From positions 132,388-196,387 of the forward strand of contig CAVPJD010000008.1 of the NCBI GenBank assembly GCA_963705165.1: a DNA stretch of 64,000 nucleotides, read 5' to 3'. Position numbers and translations under genes: made by a program. Each line of letters starts with the position of its first letter. Within the stretch, counting starts at the first letter, position 1. Shown here in pieces: positions 1-9,639 of the stretch. This DNA comes from an uncultured delta proteobacterium. GTDB taxonomy: Bacteria > Desulfobacterota > Syntrophia > Syntrophales > UBA2192. The notes below the pieces were generated by a model. It was not told the origin of the DNA, did no database searches, and saw nothing but the letters and a program-made list of their open reading frames with translations.

Positions 1-1
1 G

Positions 2-283
2 CAGCAGGATTACCAGAAGTCCCTCGAGGCCTTTCGGCGGGTAGTCGACGACTATCCCCGGAGCTATTACCGGCAGGCGGCCGAGGCCTTTCTGTCCGTC
101 GTCGGCGAAGCGGCGAACCGCAACAGCCAGGCCGCGTCCCAGAAAAAGCAGGTCGAGACGCTCGAAAAGCAGGTCGGGACACTCGAAAAACAGATCGAGG
201 GCCTGCAGAAGCAGATCGAACAGATGAAGGAAATCGACCGGAGCCTGGAGGAAAAGCGAAGAGGGGCCCCTGCCGGTAATTGA
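2..283 (+). CDS. 5'-truncated TPR/coiled-coil protein, QseG/YfhG-like partner of the downstream regulator
   Basis: Frame 2 is open from the window edge to TGA at 281-283 (..QDYQKSLEAFRRVVDDYPRSYY..LEKQIEGLQKQIEQMKEIDRSLEEKRR..). It ends 9 nt before the regulator, as in qseEGF/glrK-yfhG-glrR operons. Confidence 0.6.
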   Translation, partial: QQDYQKSLEAFRRVVDDYPRSYYRQAAEAFLSVVGEAANRNSQAASQKKQVETLEKQVGTLEKQIEGLQKQIEQMKEIDRSLEEKRRGAPAGN

Positions 284-292
284 GGTTGCACG

Positions 293-1651
293 ATGGAGAA
301 GATCCTGGTTGTCGACGATGACGTGAGCATCCTCAAGGTGCTGCAGATGCGCCTCGAATCGGAGCACTACGCCGTCGTGGCGGCCTCCGAGATCCGGGAA
401 GCGAAGGAGCGGATTGCCGAGGGCAGCTTCGACATCGCCCTGCTGGATTTGAAACTGGACGGGGGAACCGGCATCGAGCTGATGAAGAGCCTGCGCGAGG
501 TCGATCCCGACCTTCCGGTGATCATCCTGACGGCCCACGGGACGATCGAAAGCGCCGTGGGGGCCATGAAGGAAGGGGCCTACAGCTACCTGACCAAGCC
601 CTTCGACTACCGCGAGCTTCTCATCCAGATCCGCAACGGCATCGAGAAGGCGAAGCTCTCCCGGGAGGTCAAGCGACTGCGGAGCATGCTGCGGGCCGAC
701 TTCGAGGGGCAGAGCATCATCGGGCAGAGCGAAGCCATGAAGAGGGTCTTCGAGGCCGTGGCGCTCTCCGCGGAGACGGACTCCAACGTCTTCATCAGCG
801 GCGAGAGCGGGACGGGCAAGGGACTCGTGGCCAAGGCCCTCCACCAGCTCAGCGAGCGAAAGGACAAGCCCTTCGTCCCCATCAACTGCGCGGCCATCCC
901 CGCCACGCTGCTGGAGAGCGAGTTGTTCGGCTTCGAGAAGGGGGCCTTCACGGGCGCTATTGCGAATAAGAAGGGCCTCTTCGTCCAGGCCGACGGCGGC
1001 ATCATCTTCCTCGACGAGATCTCCGAGATCCCGCCGCCCATGCAGGGAAAGCTTCTCAAGGCGCTCGAGGAGAAGGAGTTCTACCCCCTGGGGTCGCACC
1101 GGACCGTCAAGGTCGACATCCGGATCGTCTCGGCCTCGAACAAGGACATCGAAAAGGAGGTCGAGAAAGGGACCTTCCGCGGGGATCTCTTTTACCGCGT
1201 CCACGTCATCCCGATCCGGGTCCCCCCCCTGCGGGAGAGAAAAGAGGATATCCCGCTGCTGGTGGAACACTTCCTGGACAAAGTGGCCCGGAAGCTAAAG
1301 AGGTCCATCAAGGCCCTTTCCCCCGCAGCGCTGCAAAAGCTCATGATCTATTCCTGGCCGGGCAACGTCCGGGAGCTCGAGAACATGATCGAGTGCGCCG
1401 TCGTCATGACGCCCGAGGAGGTCATCCCGGAGGAGATGATCATCCTGCCGGGCCAGGAAATGGGGGAGACGGCGTTCAAGACCCTGAAGGCATCGAAGCA
1501 GGACTTCGAGAAGAATTATCTCATCCAGCTCATGAAGATCAGCCGGGGCAATGTCAGCCAGGCCTCCAAGCTGGCCGGCAAATACCGGGCAGACCTCTAT
1601 GAGCTTCTGGAAAAATACCGCATCAACCCGCCGGATTTCAGACAGGAGTGA
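293..1651 (+). CDS. Sigma-54-dependent response regulator (REC-AAA+-HTH), GlrR/QseF-like
   Basis: N-terminal receiver (ILVVDDD, LLDLKL), Walker A GESGTGK, GAFTGA loop, FLDEI, WPGNVRELEN, C-terminal GNVSQASKLAG HTH. Confidence 0.93.
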   Translation: MEKILVVDDDVSILKVLQMRLESEHYAVVAASEIREAKERIAEGSFDIALLDLKLDGGTGIELMKSLREVDPDLPVIILTAHGTIESAVGAMKEGAYSYLTKPFDYRELLIQIRNGIEKAKLSREVKRLRSMLRADFEGQSIIGQSEAMKRVFEAVALSAETDSNVFISGESGTGKGLVAKALHQLSERKDKPFVPINCAAIPATLLESELFGFEKGAFTGAIANKKGLFVQADGGIIFLDEISEIPPPMQGKLLKALEEKEFYPLGSHRTVKVDIRIVSASNKDIEKEVEKGTFRGDLFYRVHVIPIRVPPLRERKEDIPLLVEHFLDKVARKLKRSIKALSPAALQKLMIYSWPGNVRELENMIECAVVMTPEEVIPEEMIILPGQEMGETAFKTLKASKQDFEKNYLIQLMKISRGNVSQASKLAGKYRADLYELLEKYRINPPDFRQE

Positions 1652-1742
1652 AGGATAAACCCTTCAGCTCGTCTTTTGTTTCCCCTGCCTACGTTCCCCC
1701 GATCCCGCCTTTTTTGCTGTAGGATAAACCCTTCAGCTCGTC
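1649..1742. promoter_or_regulatory. Two 22-bp direct repeats, each overlapping a palindromic core; candidate bEBP enhancer sites
   Basis: AGGATAAACCCTTCAGCTCGTC at 1652-1673 and 1721-1742; cores TGAAGG-N6-CCTTCA and TGTAGG-N6-CCTTCA. Confidence 0.6.
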
Positions 1743-1823
1743 CCGAAAATCGCCTTTCCATGAAGGCCAAAATATCAGTATATATTGAATAATATCTTGA
1801 TGTTACACAAACACCATCCTCGT

Positions 1824-1839
1824 TGGTATGGCCCTTGCT
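1824..1839 (+). promoter_or_regulatory. Sigma-54 -24/-12 promoter
   Basis: TGGTAT-GGCCC-TTGCT (GG-N10-GC), about 45 nt upstream of the ATG at 1885. Confidence 0.65.
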
Positions 1840-1884
1840 CTCTCCATGTCTTGCTTGCGAAGGTAGATTCGAGGAGGGGAAAAG

Positions 1885-2250
1885 ATGAGGGTCCTGATTG
1901 CCGACGACGACGCGGGCTTGCGTGAAATCCTGAAGATCTTCATGGCGCGGATGGGACACGTTGCCATCGTGGCTGAAAATGGCGTCAAGGCCTTGAATCA
2001 GTTGGATAAATCACCCTACGACATCCTCATCACCGACGGCGACATGCCGGAAATGACGGGCTTTGAGCTCTGCCGGGTCGTGAAAGACCGGTTCCCCCAC
2101 ATTTTTGTGATCGGGCTGACCGGCTCCTCCAGGCTGCGTGAATTCGAAAAGGCCGGGGCCCATACCCGTTACCAGAAGCCGGTGCAGTTCATCGAGCTGC
2201 AGCTGGCTATCGAAAACCACTTCAGCACAAAGAGGGCAGCGGCTCTATAG
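1885..2250 (+). CDS. Single-domain response regulator (REC)
   Basis: RVLIADDD, DILITDGDMPEMTG, QKPV; RBS GAGGAGG upstream. Confidence 0.88.
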   Translation: MRVLIADDDAGLREILKIFMARMGHVAIVAENGVKALNQLDKSPYDILITDGDMPEMTGFELCRVVKDRFPHIFVIGLTGSSRLREFEKAGAHTRYQKPVQFIELQLAIENHFSTKRAAAL

Positions 2251-2463
2251 GAGCCGCCTGCCACGGATAGACCTGAAACGGACGGATACCTCCCCTGGGG
2301 AATGCTCTCCCCCCCCCCTTTTTCCCCAGGGGAGATATCTCATGCTGCCCTTCTCAACCGGTGGAAGGACGGAGGGAGAGGAAGATTAGGGTTTTAAATT
2401 ACTAAAAGGAGGGAATGCAGACGCCGCAGACAGGATGCGGCGACATGCCCCGGAGCGTGTAAC

Positions 2464-2742
2464 ATGGCAATTTCTGCAAAAAAATTATCGGTCTTCGAGG
2501 GACGCATGAGGTCGGTCATCACCATTAACGTATCGGCCGGGCACGGTGGATCCATCACCCCTTCGGCTCGGGTGGCCATCGGGTATGGCCTGAGCAAAAT
2601 GTTCGCCATCACAGCCCGTTGGGGCTATTCCATCGCGGATGTCGTGATCGATGGCGTCTCCGCGGGACCCGTGAGCATCTACATGTTCTCGAATCTGACG
2701 GAGAACCATACGATCAGCGCAACGTTCAAACGAAACGCGTAG
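2464..2742 (+). CDS. Small beta-rich protein resembling a single InlB B-repeat/bacterial repeat domain
   Basis: ITINVSAGHGGSITPS..GYSIADVVIDG..YMFSNLTENHTISATF pattern; start uncertain. Confidence 0.5.
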   Translation: MAISAKKLSVFEGRMRSVITINVSAGHGGSITPSARVAIGYGLSKMFAITARWGYSIADVVIDGVSAGPVSIYMFSNLTENHTISATFKRNA

Positions 2743-2809
2743 GGCCCCCGTCATCGACTACGCACGGATCGGCTGGGCCGCTGCTGCGTGCAGGAAAGGA
2801 GGGCATGTC

Positions 2810-3202
2810 ATGCTGACGCGGTTGAGAACTCCCATCCTCGCCGTCATTGTCCTGTTTTATCTGACAAGCTTCCTGACCGCCCCCGCAACGGCGGGGATGG
2901 TGGGGGCCCTGGCGTCGAATCCCGACGCAGGGAAAATCAAAGGAGAGGATCTGATCCGGATCCAGCGGGCCCTCGAGACCGAGATCGTGAAGTCCGGGCT
3001 CGAGGCCTACGGGCTCACCGCAGAGGAAACCCGGGAGCGCCTGCAGGGCCTCTCCGATGAGCAGATCCACCTCATGGCCCAGGCATCGGACCGGGTGCTG
3101 GCCGGCGGAGACGGCGGCGGAGTCGTCGTGGCGGTCCTGGTCATCATTCTTCTCGTCCTGCTGATCCTCTACGTCCAGAACAAAAAGATCGTCGTTAAAT
3201 AA
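2810..3202 (+). CDS. PA2779 family membrane protein
   Basis: Signal peptide, LEAYGLTAEETRERLQGLSDEQIHLMA, then AGGDG plus a C-terminal TM helix. Confidence 0.8.
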   Translation: MLTRLRTPILAVIVLFYLTSFLTAPATAGMVGALASNPDAGKIKGEDLIRIQRALETEIVKSGLEAYGLTAEETRERLQGLSDEQIHLMAQASDRVLAGGDGGGVVVAVLVIILLVLLILYVQNKKIVVK

Positions 3203-3301
3203 CTCCCGCGACGGCCTTGAGGTTTGTTGCTTTTGGCTTGCGGCACCATGAGGCGCACACCGGGGAACAGCCGGTGAAAAATAAGCGAAGGAGGGAATCC
3301 A

Positions 3302-3751
3302 ATGAAGAAAGTGTTTGCGTGCATCATCGTTCTCATGCTGGTTGCGGGCATCGCCTGGGCGCAGGACCGGGGCAGCGCCGTGGAGGCCAAGGCCCTGCTG
3401 GACAAGGCCGTTGCCTATTACAAGGCCAACGGGCAGCCGAAGGCCTTCGCCGCCTTCAATGACTCCAAGGGCGCCTTCATCAGCAAGGACCTATACATTT
3501 TCGCCTTGGACATGGACGGCAAGATCCTTGCCCACGGAGCCAATGCCGCCCTGATCGGCAGGGACATGATGGGGGCAAAGGATGCCGACGGGAAGCTGTT
3601 CATGAAGGAGATGGTCGGCGTGGCCAAGGATAAGGGAAAAGGCTCGATGGACTATAAGTGGGAAAACCCCAAGACCAAGGTGGTGGAGCAGAAATCGTCC
3701 TTTGTCGAGAAGGTCGACGGTGTGGTCCTGGGGTGCGGCTACTACAAATAG
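3302..3751 (+). CDS. Exported single Cache (sCache_2) domain protein
   Basis: Signal peptide; DLYIFALD..AHG..KDADGKLF..DYKWENPKTKVVEQKSSFV..GCGYY. Confidence 0.85.
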   Translation: MKKVFACIIVLMLVAGIAWAQDRGSAVEAKALLDKAVAYYKANGQPKAFAAFNDSKGAFISKDLYIFALDMDGKILAHGANAALIGRDMMGAKDADGKLFMKEMVGVAKDKGKGSMDYKWENPKTKVVEQKSSFVEKVDGVVLGCGYYK

Positions 3752-3790
3752 TGCCCCGCCGATGATCGCGTGACGGGGGCATCCGTGTCG

Positions 3791-3823
3791 AAAGGCCGTC
3801 CTCATCAACAGGGGACGGCCTTT
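3791..3823. terminator. Bidirectional intrinsic terminator
   Basis: AAAGGCCGTCCTC-N7-GGGGACGGCCTTT between convergent genes. Confidence 0.7.
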
Positions 3824-3848
3824 GTTTCTTCAGCAGCCCTTCGAGTTG

Positions 3849-4274
3849 CTATTTCATGACCGCTTTTTTCAGGGTCACCAGCGCCGCCTGATTGTCGCTC
3901 GTTGCCATGACCAGCCGGACGGGAGATTTTTCCGAACTCATGGTCCCGTAAATCTGCTTGATGTTGATGTCCTTGGCCGCCAGCAGGCTCGTCACGGATT
4001 TCAACGCCCCCGGCTTGTTTTCGAGCACCACGAGGATCTCCTCCCTCTCTTCGAGGTCGGAAAACCCCTTCTGTTTGAGCAAATCCGTTGCCCGGCGGGT
4101 GTCCTCAACGACCATCATGATCCGGGCCTTGTCGGTCCCCGTCATTTCATAGCCTGCTACCGTCTCGATGTTGATTCCCCGATCCGCCAGGTAATCGGCT
4201 ATCTTGTTCAGCACACCGATCTCATGATTCACCGTCATGTAGATCTGTTTTACCAGCGCCGCTTTCTTCAACAT
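3849..4274 (-). CDS. Tandem ACT domain protein
   Basis: Two ACT repeats (NHEIGVLNKIADYLADRGINI; ENKPGALKSVTSLLAAKDINI); GGAGG before the ATG at 4274. Confidence 0.85.
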   Translation of the reverse strand: MLKKAALVKQIYMTVNHEIGVLNKIADYLADRGINIETVAGYEMTGTDKARIMMVVEDTRRATDLLKQKGFSDLEEREEILVVLENKPGALKSVTSLLAAKDINIKQIYGTMSSEKSPVRLVMATSDNQAALVTLKKAVMK

Positions 4275-4588
4275 GTCAGCACCTCCTTGGATAGGGGCGG
4301 ACCGCACCCTCGTCATGGTGTTTCAGGATGTTTCAGACAAGCCGCTTCAGACCAAAGATAACGTCCCGGTTTGCAGCACAACACCGGATTTGGATGACGA
4401 CAGGCCGCAAGAGGATCAACGCGGCATCGCTGGAAGCCCCACAAGAACGGGATAAAAGCCGCAGCAGGGTCGAAAGGGATCTATGAATTTGATATTTGAA
4501 ATTCGGGCGGATGTCAACGGGTATCTCCACAGCGACCGGGTCCGCGCCTGCCCGCCTCGCACCCGACCCACCCTGCCCGGTCCACCAG

Positions 4589-4604
4589 GGGCACGCGTCT
4601 TGCA
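4589..4604 (+). promoter_or_regulatory. Sigma-54 -24/-12 promoter
   Basis: GGGCAC-GCGTC-TTGCA, about 35 nt upstream of the ORF at 4640. Confidence 0.6.
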
Positions 4605-4639
4605 AGAAATTGCATGAAGATGTTTGGGAGATGTGAGCC

Positions 4640-4966
4640 ATGAGATTTCTGGATACCTTCCGACCCAAAAAACCTCGCGGCGGCTTCAACAGCGCGGTGG
4701 CGAAAGAGTGCAGCCAGCCCTGGTCGGGCGGCGACGGCATCGACATGGAACGCGCCGTCGTCATCCATGCCCGCAGTTGGCGGAAGGGACTGCCTGCCGA
4801 GTACGCCTACATCTCGAGCCTGCACGGTCTGCGTAGCCGCGACTGGTTCATCGATTCGCAGGAAACCCGGCATGTCGGCGATCGCAGCTACGAGATCTGG
4901 ATCATCAAGACCGGCGATGGCGCCAAGCTGAGATATTATTTCGACGTCACAAGCTTCCACGGCTAG
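4640..4966 (+). CDS. Hypothetical protein
   Basis: 108 aa ORF with GGAG RBS and a sigma-54 site; motifs SGGDG..AVVI..EY.YI..YYFDVTSF. Confidence 0.7.
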   Translation: MRFLDTFRPKKPRGGFNSAVAKECSQPWSGGDGIDMERAVVIHARSWRKGLPAEYAYISSLHGLRSRDWFIDSQETRHVGDRSYEIWIIKTGDGAKLRYYFDVTSFHG

Positions 4967-5196
4967 ACCGGGTTTTCCCCTGCCCGTCTCCGGGCAGCCC
5001 GGCCGTGCGGCGCTTCCCTCTTCCACTTCCGCACTAACGCACTCCCGCACTTCTTCATCTCTTCACTTCTTCCACTTCTTTCACTTCTTCACTGTCGACT
5101 GTCGGCTGTTGGCTGGCGGCTTTTCCCGGCCTCCCCAGTCCCTACACTCAGGCACTTTTTTGAACTGGCCGCCAGCCACTCATCACAAGTCATTGC

Positions 5197-6057
5197 TCAG
5201 CCAAGCGGCGCCATGGTGCGCTTGATATTGACGGACCCCAGGGCATTGCTGAGCAACCCGTTCTTGTGGGCCTTCTTCGGGATATTCCCTCCCGGCCCGG
5301 TCCGCAGCCTCTCTGTGCGCACACGCCCCCCGTTATCGGTAAAGCGGATGACGATCTCGCTCTCCGGGTCATAGGAGAGGACCCCTTGCGAGATCTCGCG
5401 ATCCGGCCACCCGCCGAAGGGGTTGCAGGTCATCGCCGTCAGCTTCGCCCGGCCGGGGCGGGCTTCATCGCTTTCGATCCCGATCACGACGCGGCCGTAT
5501 TTCTTGAAACTCTCGAATGCCACGGCGCCCAGTTCATCCCAGTTCCGGAGCAGGTTCCTCACAGGCTCCGGGATCCCGATCGCCGCGAGCCGGGTGTGCG
5601 AATAAAAGACCGACGTCATGGCTTCGATTTCGCCTTTGAGCCGCCTGATTTCGAAGGGCCATCTCAGAAAACAGTCGGCCCCGCAGCCCAGCGCCTCATC
5701 TCCGCGGCCGGGCTCGACAAAGGAATCGTCAATGGCGATGATCGGAACGTTCCAGGCCAACCGGAGAATGCGGATCATCCCCAGGGCCGACGCCGGCCCG
5801 ATGACAGCCTTCCTCGTGGGGGCGCAGTCTATGCTCTTGAGAAGCAGGATGCAAAGATGGATGCGCTCGCTCCGGACGGTCGAGAAGATCTCCTGGGAAG
5901 TCGCGGCCTCATGAACATCGAGCCGCCAGGACTGTTCGGGAAAGATCTCCTCCAGGCACGCCCCGAACTCCTGCTCGATGGGGGTTGCGCCATGTCCGAT
6001 GAGGACATTGACGGCCGGGCGAAGCAGTCTGTCCATGGGCGGAATGTTTTGAACCAT
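5197..6057 (-). CDS. Atypical receiver-like domain fused to an unknown C-terminal domain
   Basis: VPIIAI..EALGCGADCFLRWPF resembles the end of a REC domain, with no clear phosphoacceptor Asp; start uncertain. Confidence 0.55.
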   Translation of the reverse strand: MVQNIPPMDRLLRPAVNVLIGHGATPIEQEFGACLEEIFPEQSWRLDVHEAATSQEIFSTVRSERIHLCILLLKSIDCAPTRKAVIGPASALGMIRILRLAWNVPIIAIDDSFVEPGRGDEALGCGADCFLRWPFEIRRLKGEIEAMTSVFYSHTRLAAIGIPEPVRNLLRNWDELGAVAFESFKKYGRVVIGIESDEARPGRAKLTAMTCNPFGGWPDREISQGVLSYDPESEIVIRFTDNGGRVRTERLRTGPGGNIPKKAHKNGLLSNALGSVNIKRTMAPLG

Positions 6058-6445
6058 CGTCTCTCGGCTCGCAGTGGGATGATGTTTATTCCATCGGCAG
6101 AGGGCAGGGATTTCTTGAAGACAAATGTCCGGGCCCGCCCCTTTCTATAGTATGAGTATTTACCTATTGTTTTACTCAATATCTACTAGTATTGCCTTTC
6201 CGCGGGAAATGGCGCATCCTGCCACCATAGAATTCCCCTGGAGTGCTCCTTCTCGCAACACCATCGTCTCAACCAGGGGAAGCGCATCGGCAGCGATGGC
6301 GCGCACGAGACGTAACCGGCGCCCGTCGCAGGCAGACACACCGAGGTGATCCGCAATGACGGTGCAAGGCAGGTTCGCAGGATATCCGGGTCGACCCCGG
6401 ATGCGTGGGTGATCAGGCGGGCTTTTCACGAAAGGAGGGCTTTTT

Positions 6446-7852
6446 ATGAAAAGGAAAACCGTAAAAAAAGTGGACGCAGGCGGAAGCGGCAAGGCCTCAA
6501 AGGGAAAACGGGGAAGCTCGGACGAACCCCGTGAATCCGCCTATTTGCTGCACAGCATCATCCAGGGCTTTTCCATTCCCGCCTTCGTCATCGGCAAGAA
6601 CCACAAAATCCTCTACTGGAACCGGGCTCTCGAGCAGCTCAGCAAGATCCCGATGAGCAAGGTGGTCGGGACCAACCAGCAGTGGAGGGCCTTCTATGCC
6701 GAGGCCAGGCCCTGCATGGCGGACCTCCTGGTCGAAGGGGCGGCAGACAGGGTCCCGAAGTGGTACGAAGGCAAGTACAGCAAATCGGATCTCCTGGATG
6801 AAGCGTTCGAGGCCACCGATTTCTTCCCCGACCTGGGGGAAAAAGGGGTATGGCTGCGCTTTACGGCCGCGGCGATCCGGGATTCGCAGGGCGAGCTTAT
6901 CGGCGCCATCGAAACCCTGGAAGACATCACGGACCGCAAGAAGGCTGAATTGACGCAGCGCGAAAGCGAACAGCAGCTCTTCAGCATCATCGAGGGCTCA
7001 CCCATCCCGACCTTCGTGATCGGGCTCGATCACAAGGTGATCTACTGGAACCGGGCCCTCGAAAAACTGAGCCGGCTTGCGGCCGAGGAGATAATCGGCA
7101 CTAACCGGCACTGGCAGGCCTTCTACGCCACGGAGCGGCCCTGCCTGTCGGATCTGCTCGTCGATCAGACCCTGGAGACCATCCCGGAATGGTACGGCGG
7201 GGTGGCCAGATCGAAGCTGCTGGAGGACACCTACGAAGCGGAAGGATTCTTCCCTGACCTGGGCGAGGGCGGCCGCTGGCTGCGCTTCACCGTCTCCCCC
7301 ATCCGAAGTTCGCGGGGGGCGCTCGTAGGCGCCATCGAGACCCTGGAAGACATCACGGAGCGCAAAGAGACGGAGCAGAAAGTCATCGAGAGTGAGAAGA
7401 GGCTCTACAGCATCGTCCAGGGCTTCTCCATTCCCGCCTTCGTCATCGGCAAGGACCACAACATCATCTACTGGAACCGGGCCCTGGAGAAACTGACCAA
7501 CCTGAAGGCCAAGGACATGGTCGGGACCAATCAGCAGTGGAGGGCCTTTTACGGGAAGGAGAGGCCCTGCATGGCCGACCTGCTCGTGGATCGCTCGGCG
7601 GACAAGGTTCCCAAGTGGTACTCGGGAAAATACCGCAAATCCGATCTCATCGAGGAGGCCTACGAGGCGACGGATTTCTTCCCCGACCTGGGGAAAAGCG
7701 GACGCTGGCTGCGGTTCACGGCCGCCGTCATCCGGGATTCACGAGGGGCGCTCGTCGGGGCCGTTGAAACCCTGGAAGACATCACGGAGCGCAAGCTGGC
7801 CGAGAATGCCCTGAAGAAAAGCACGGACCGCAAGAGCGGCAAGCCGTCCTAG
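6446..7852 (+). CDS. Stand-alone protein with three tandem PAS/PAC repeats
   Basis: Three repeats of SIIQGFSIPAFVIG..YWNRALE..WRAFY..RPCMADLLV..WLRFT..GAIETLEDITERK; no kinase or GGDEF output domain. Confidence 0.9.
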   Translation: MKRKTVKKVDAGGSGKASKGKRGSSDEPRESAYLLHSIIQGFSIPAFVIGKNHKILYWNRALEQLSKIPMSKVVGTNQQWRAFYAEARPCMADLLVEGAADRVPKWYEGKYSKSDLLDEAFEATDFFPDLGEKGVWLRFTAAAIRDSQGELIGAIETLEDITDRKKAELTQRESEQQLFSIIEGSPIPTFVIGLDHKVIYWNRALEKLSRLAAEEIIGTNRHWQAFYATERPCLSDLLVDQTLETIPEWYGGVARSKLLEDTYEAEGFFPDLGEGGRWLRFTVSPIRSSRGALVGAIETLEDITERKETEQKVIESEKRLYSIVQGFSIPAFVIGKDHNIIYWNRALEKLTNLKAKDMVGTNQQWRAFYGKERPCMADLLVDRSADKVPKWYSGKYRKSDLIEEAYEATDFFPDLGKSGRWLRFTAAVIRDSRGALVGAVETLEDITERKLAENALKKSTDRKSGKPS

Positions 7853-7924
7853 CCGGCCCTGCCGCAGACCCGCAGATCCGTTGACCGGGTTCCCCACTAT
7901 GGCTGAAAGGAAGGAGGTCAGGCC

Positions 7925-8440
7925 ATGAGACCGCATGCATCAAAACTCATCGAGATCATTGAACAGAATGCAAAGACTATCGCCCAGCAGTGGTATAAGA
8001 ATGTAAAGATCAATCCCAAGACGCCGGCTTATCACACGATGCCGGAAGACAAGGCCATCGAGCAGGCGCTGAGCTTCTACGACAGCTTCCGGAAGCTCTT
8101 CGCAACGGAAAAGCCCTTCGAGGATGCCTTCACCCTGTTTTCCAAGTACGCCGATGCCTGCTACAGGGACCGCATCCCCCTGCCCCAGGTCATCTACGCG
8201 CTCATTCTCATGAGGCGCCACATGTGGCTGTATGCCGAGTACCAAGCCGTATTCGAGACGGCCGTCGACCAGCGCCACGCCCTGGAAAGCCAGAGCCGCA
8301 TGATTCTCATGTTCGACTACGCCGAGTTCGTGATCATCGACCGGTACAACGATCTGATCCGGAAGGAAGTCGAAGAGAAGTGCAAATCCTTGAAGATCAA
8401 AAGCCCCTTTCTCTCGCTGTTTGGGGGCGAGAAGTCTTAG
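7925..8440 (+). CDS. All-helical protein, RsbRD_N/globin-like sensor-type domain
   Basis: AAGGAGG RBS; IAQQW..YADACYRDRIPLPQVIYALILMRRHMW pattern. Confidence 0.65.
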   Translation: MRPHASKLIEIIEQNAKTIAQQWYKNVKINPKTPAYHTMPEDKAIEQALSFYDSFRKLFATEKPFEDAFTLFSKYADACYRDRIPLPQVIYALILMRRHMWLYAEYQAVFETAVDQRHALESQSRMILMFDYAEFVIIDRYNDLIRKEVEEKCKSLKIKSPFLSLFGGEKS

Positions 8441-8881
8441 TCGCGAGGGAAGCGTCGAAGCGCCCGACGGACATGCCATGAAAGGCCCCTTCGGCCGAGG
8501 ATCGGCCGAAGGGGGGCGCCGTTCGGAGAACGGCCCCTTTCCGCACTGGCACAGAGACCCGAAGGCCACCCCCTCGAGGAGGACGGCCTTTTTCTTTTCT
8601 CCCCACCACACTTGTCACTTTGCCATTTTTGTCACTTTTTTAGTCACTGCCGCGAAGCGGCACGCCCCGTGACCTTTATGTCCTGTGCCCCGCCTGAAAT
8701 GTCGGCTCGAGAATCAGCCGGCAAATCTCATACTTGTCACTTCAATCCGCGTGGGTGCGAAAAAGAGGGGTCGGTTTCATGACGGGAAAGTCACAATCCG
8801 CCATGGGGCGGAACCGGCCAAGCTTGCCATAACTCCCCAAAATGCGGAAGGTTATCTGCAACTTCCGACAAGAGCTGCCCC

Positions 8882-8897
8882 TGGCATTTATCTTGCT
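8882..8897 (+). promoter_or_regulatory. Sigma-54 -24/-12 promoter
   Basis: TGGCAT-TTATC-TTGCT, a near-consensus match. Confidence 0.7.
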
Positions 8898-9128
8898 TTA
8901 ATTAGTAACCTGTTCTTTGGTTGCCGCTCCTTCTGGATTTAGCCTCTTGCTCCGCAACCTTCCCTGTCAACTCTCTTGAATGACCCGAAAACCCCCGTAT
9001 TCACGCCGATGAATCAGAGTGGCCCATGGCAGAAAGCAGTCCTTACCGGCATCCATTCCTTCTTCCTCTATGAGATAAGCACAAAAGGGGATATCGACTG
9101 CGGCAAATGAACGAAAGGAGGTCAGCTC

Positions 9129-9305
9129 ATGGAAATCAAATCAATGACAGAACAGGAGAAAAGGACATTCGCAGAGATCTCAGTCGGGATTTACGGGGAA
9201 GAGCTGACCCTCATCATGTTGCCGGAACTCAAGGAATACCTTAACGGTTCGACAAAAAGGGCTGCCTCTGCCGAGATGATCCATCACGATCAGGCAAAGA
9301 CTTGA
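9129..9305 (+). CDS. Small hypothetical protein (58 aa), absent from the ORF track
   Basis: AAGGAGG RBS 6 nt before the ATG; MEIKSMTEQEKRTFAEISVGIYGEELTLIMLPELKEYLNGSTKRAASAEMIHHDQAKT*; terminator at 9383-9416. Confidence 0.6.
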   Translation: MEIKSMTEQEKRTFAEISVGIYGEELTLIMLPELKEYLNGSTKRAASAEMIHHDQAKT

Positions 9306-9382
9306 GCGAAATGGCTCCATAAAATCTTCCCGCCGACCGCACAGGGACCTTCCCGGTTTCGAATCATTCCACGACCGGACAT

Positions 9383-9416
9383 AAAAAGGCCGTCCTCCAT
9401 TGAAAGGACGGCCTTT
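9383..9416 (+). terminator. Intrinsic terminator
   Basis: AAAAAGGCCGTCCT-loop-AGGACGGCCTTT. Confidence 0.7.
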
Positions 9417-9639
9417 CTTCACGGGTCGCTTCCGCCCTGCCTGCTTCTCATTGCTTCATCCACATAACGCATGACACGTCACACTTCTTTGCGAGTTACG
9501 TCTTCACCGTCGGCTGGCTGCTGTCGGCTGTATTCCATCGGCTCCAATGGCTGAATACTTGCATAATCAGTCCAAAAGCCATCGAGCGGCTGCGGCCGTA
9601 GACGGATTGGATCCCACATCAGGAGCTGAAGCATCGGAT

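Noticed and set aside
1652..1742. Mini CRISPR array (22-bp repeats, 47-bp spacer)
   Set aside because: Only two copies, no cas genes, and the position fits sigma-54 enhancer sites better.
2286..2338. Long hairpin with a poly-C loop as a phase-variation switch
   Set aside because: The C-run is intergenic, in the loop of a terminator-like stem after the REC gene; no promoter or ORF depends on it.
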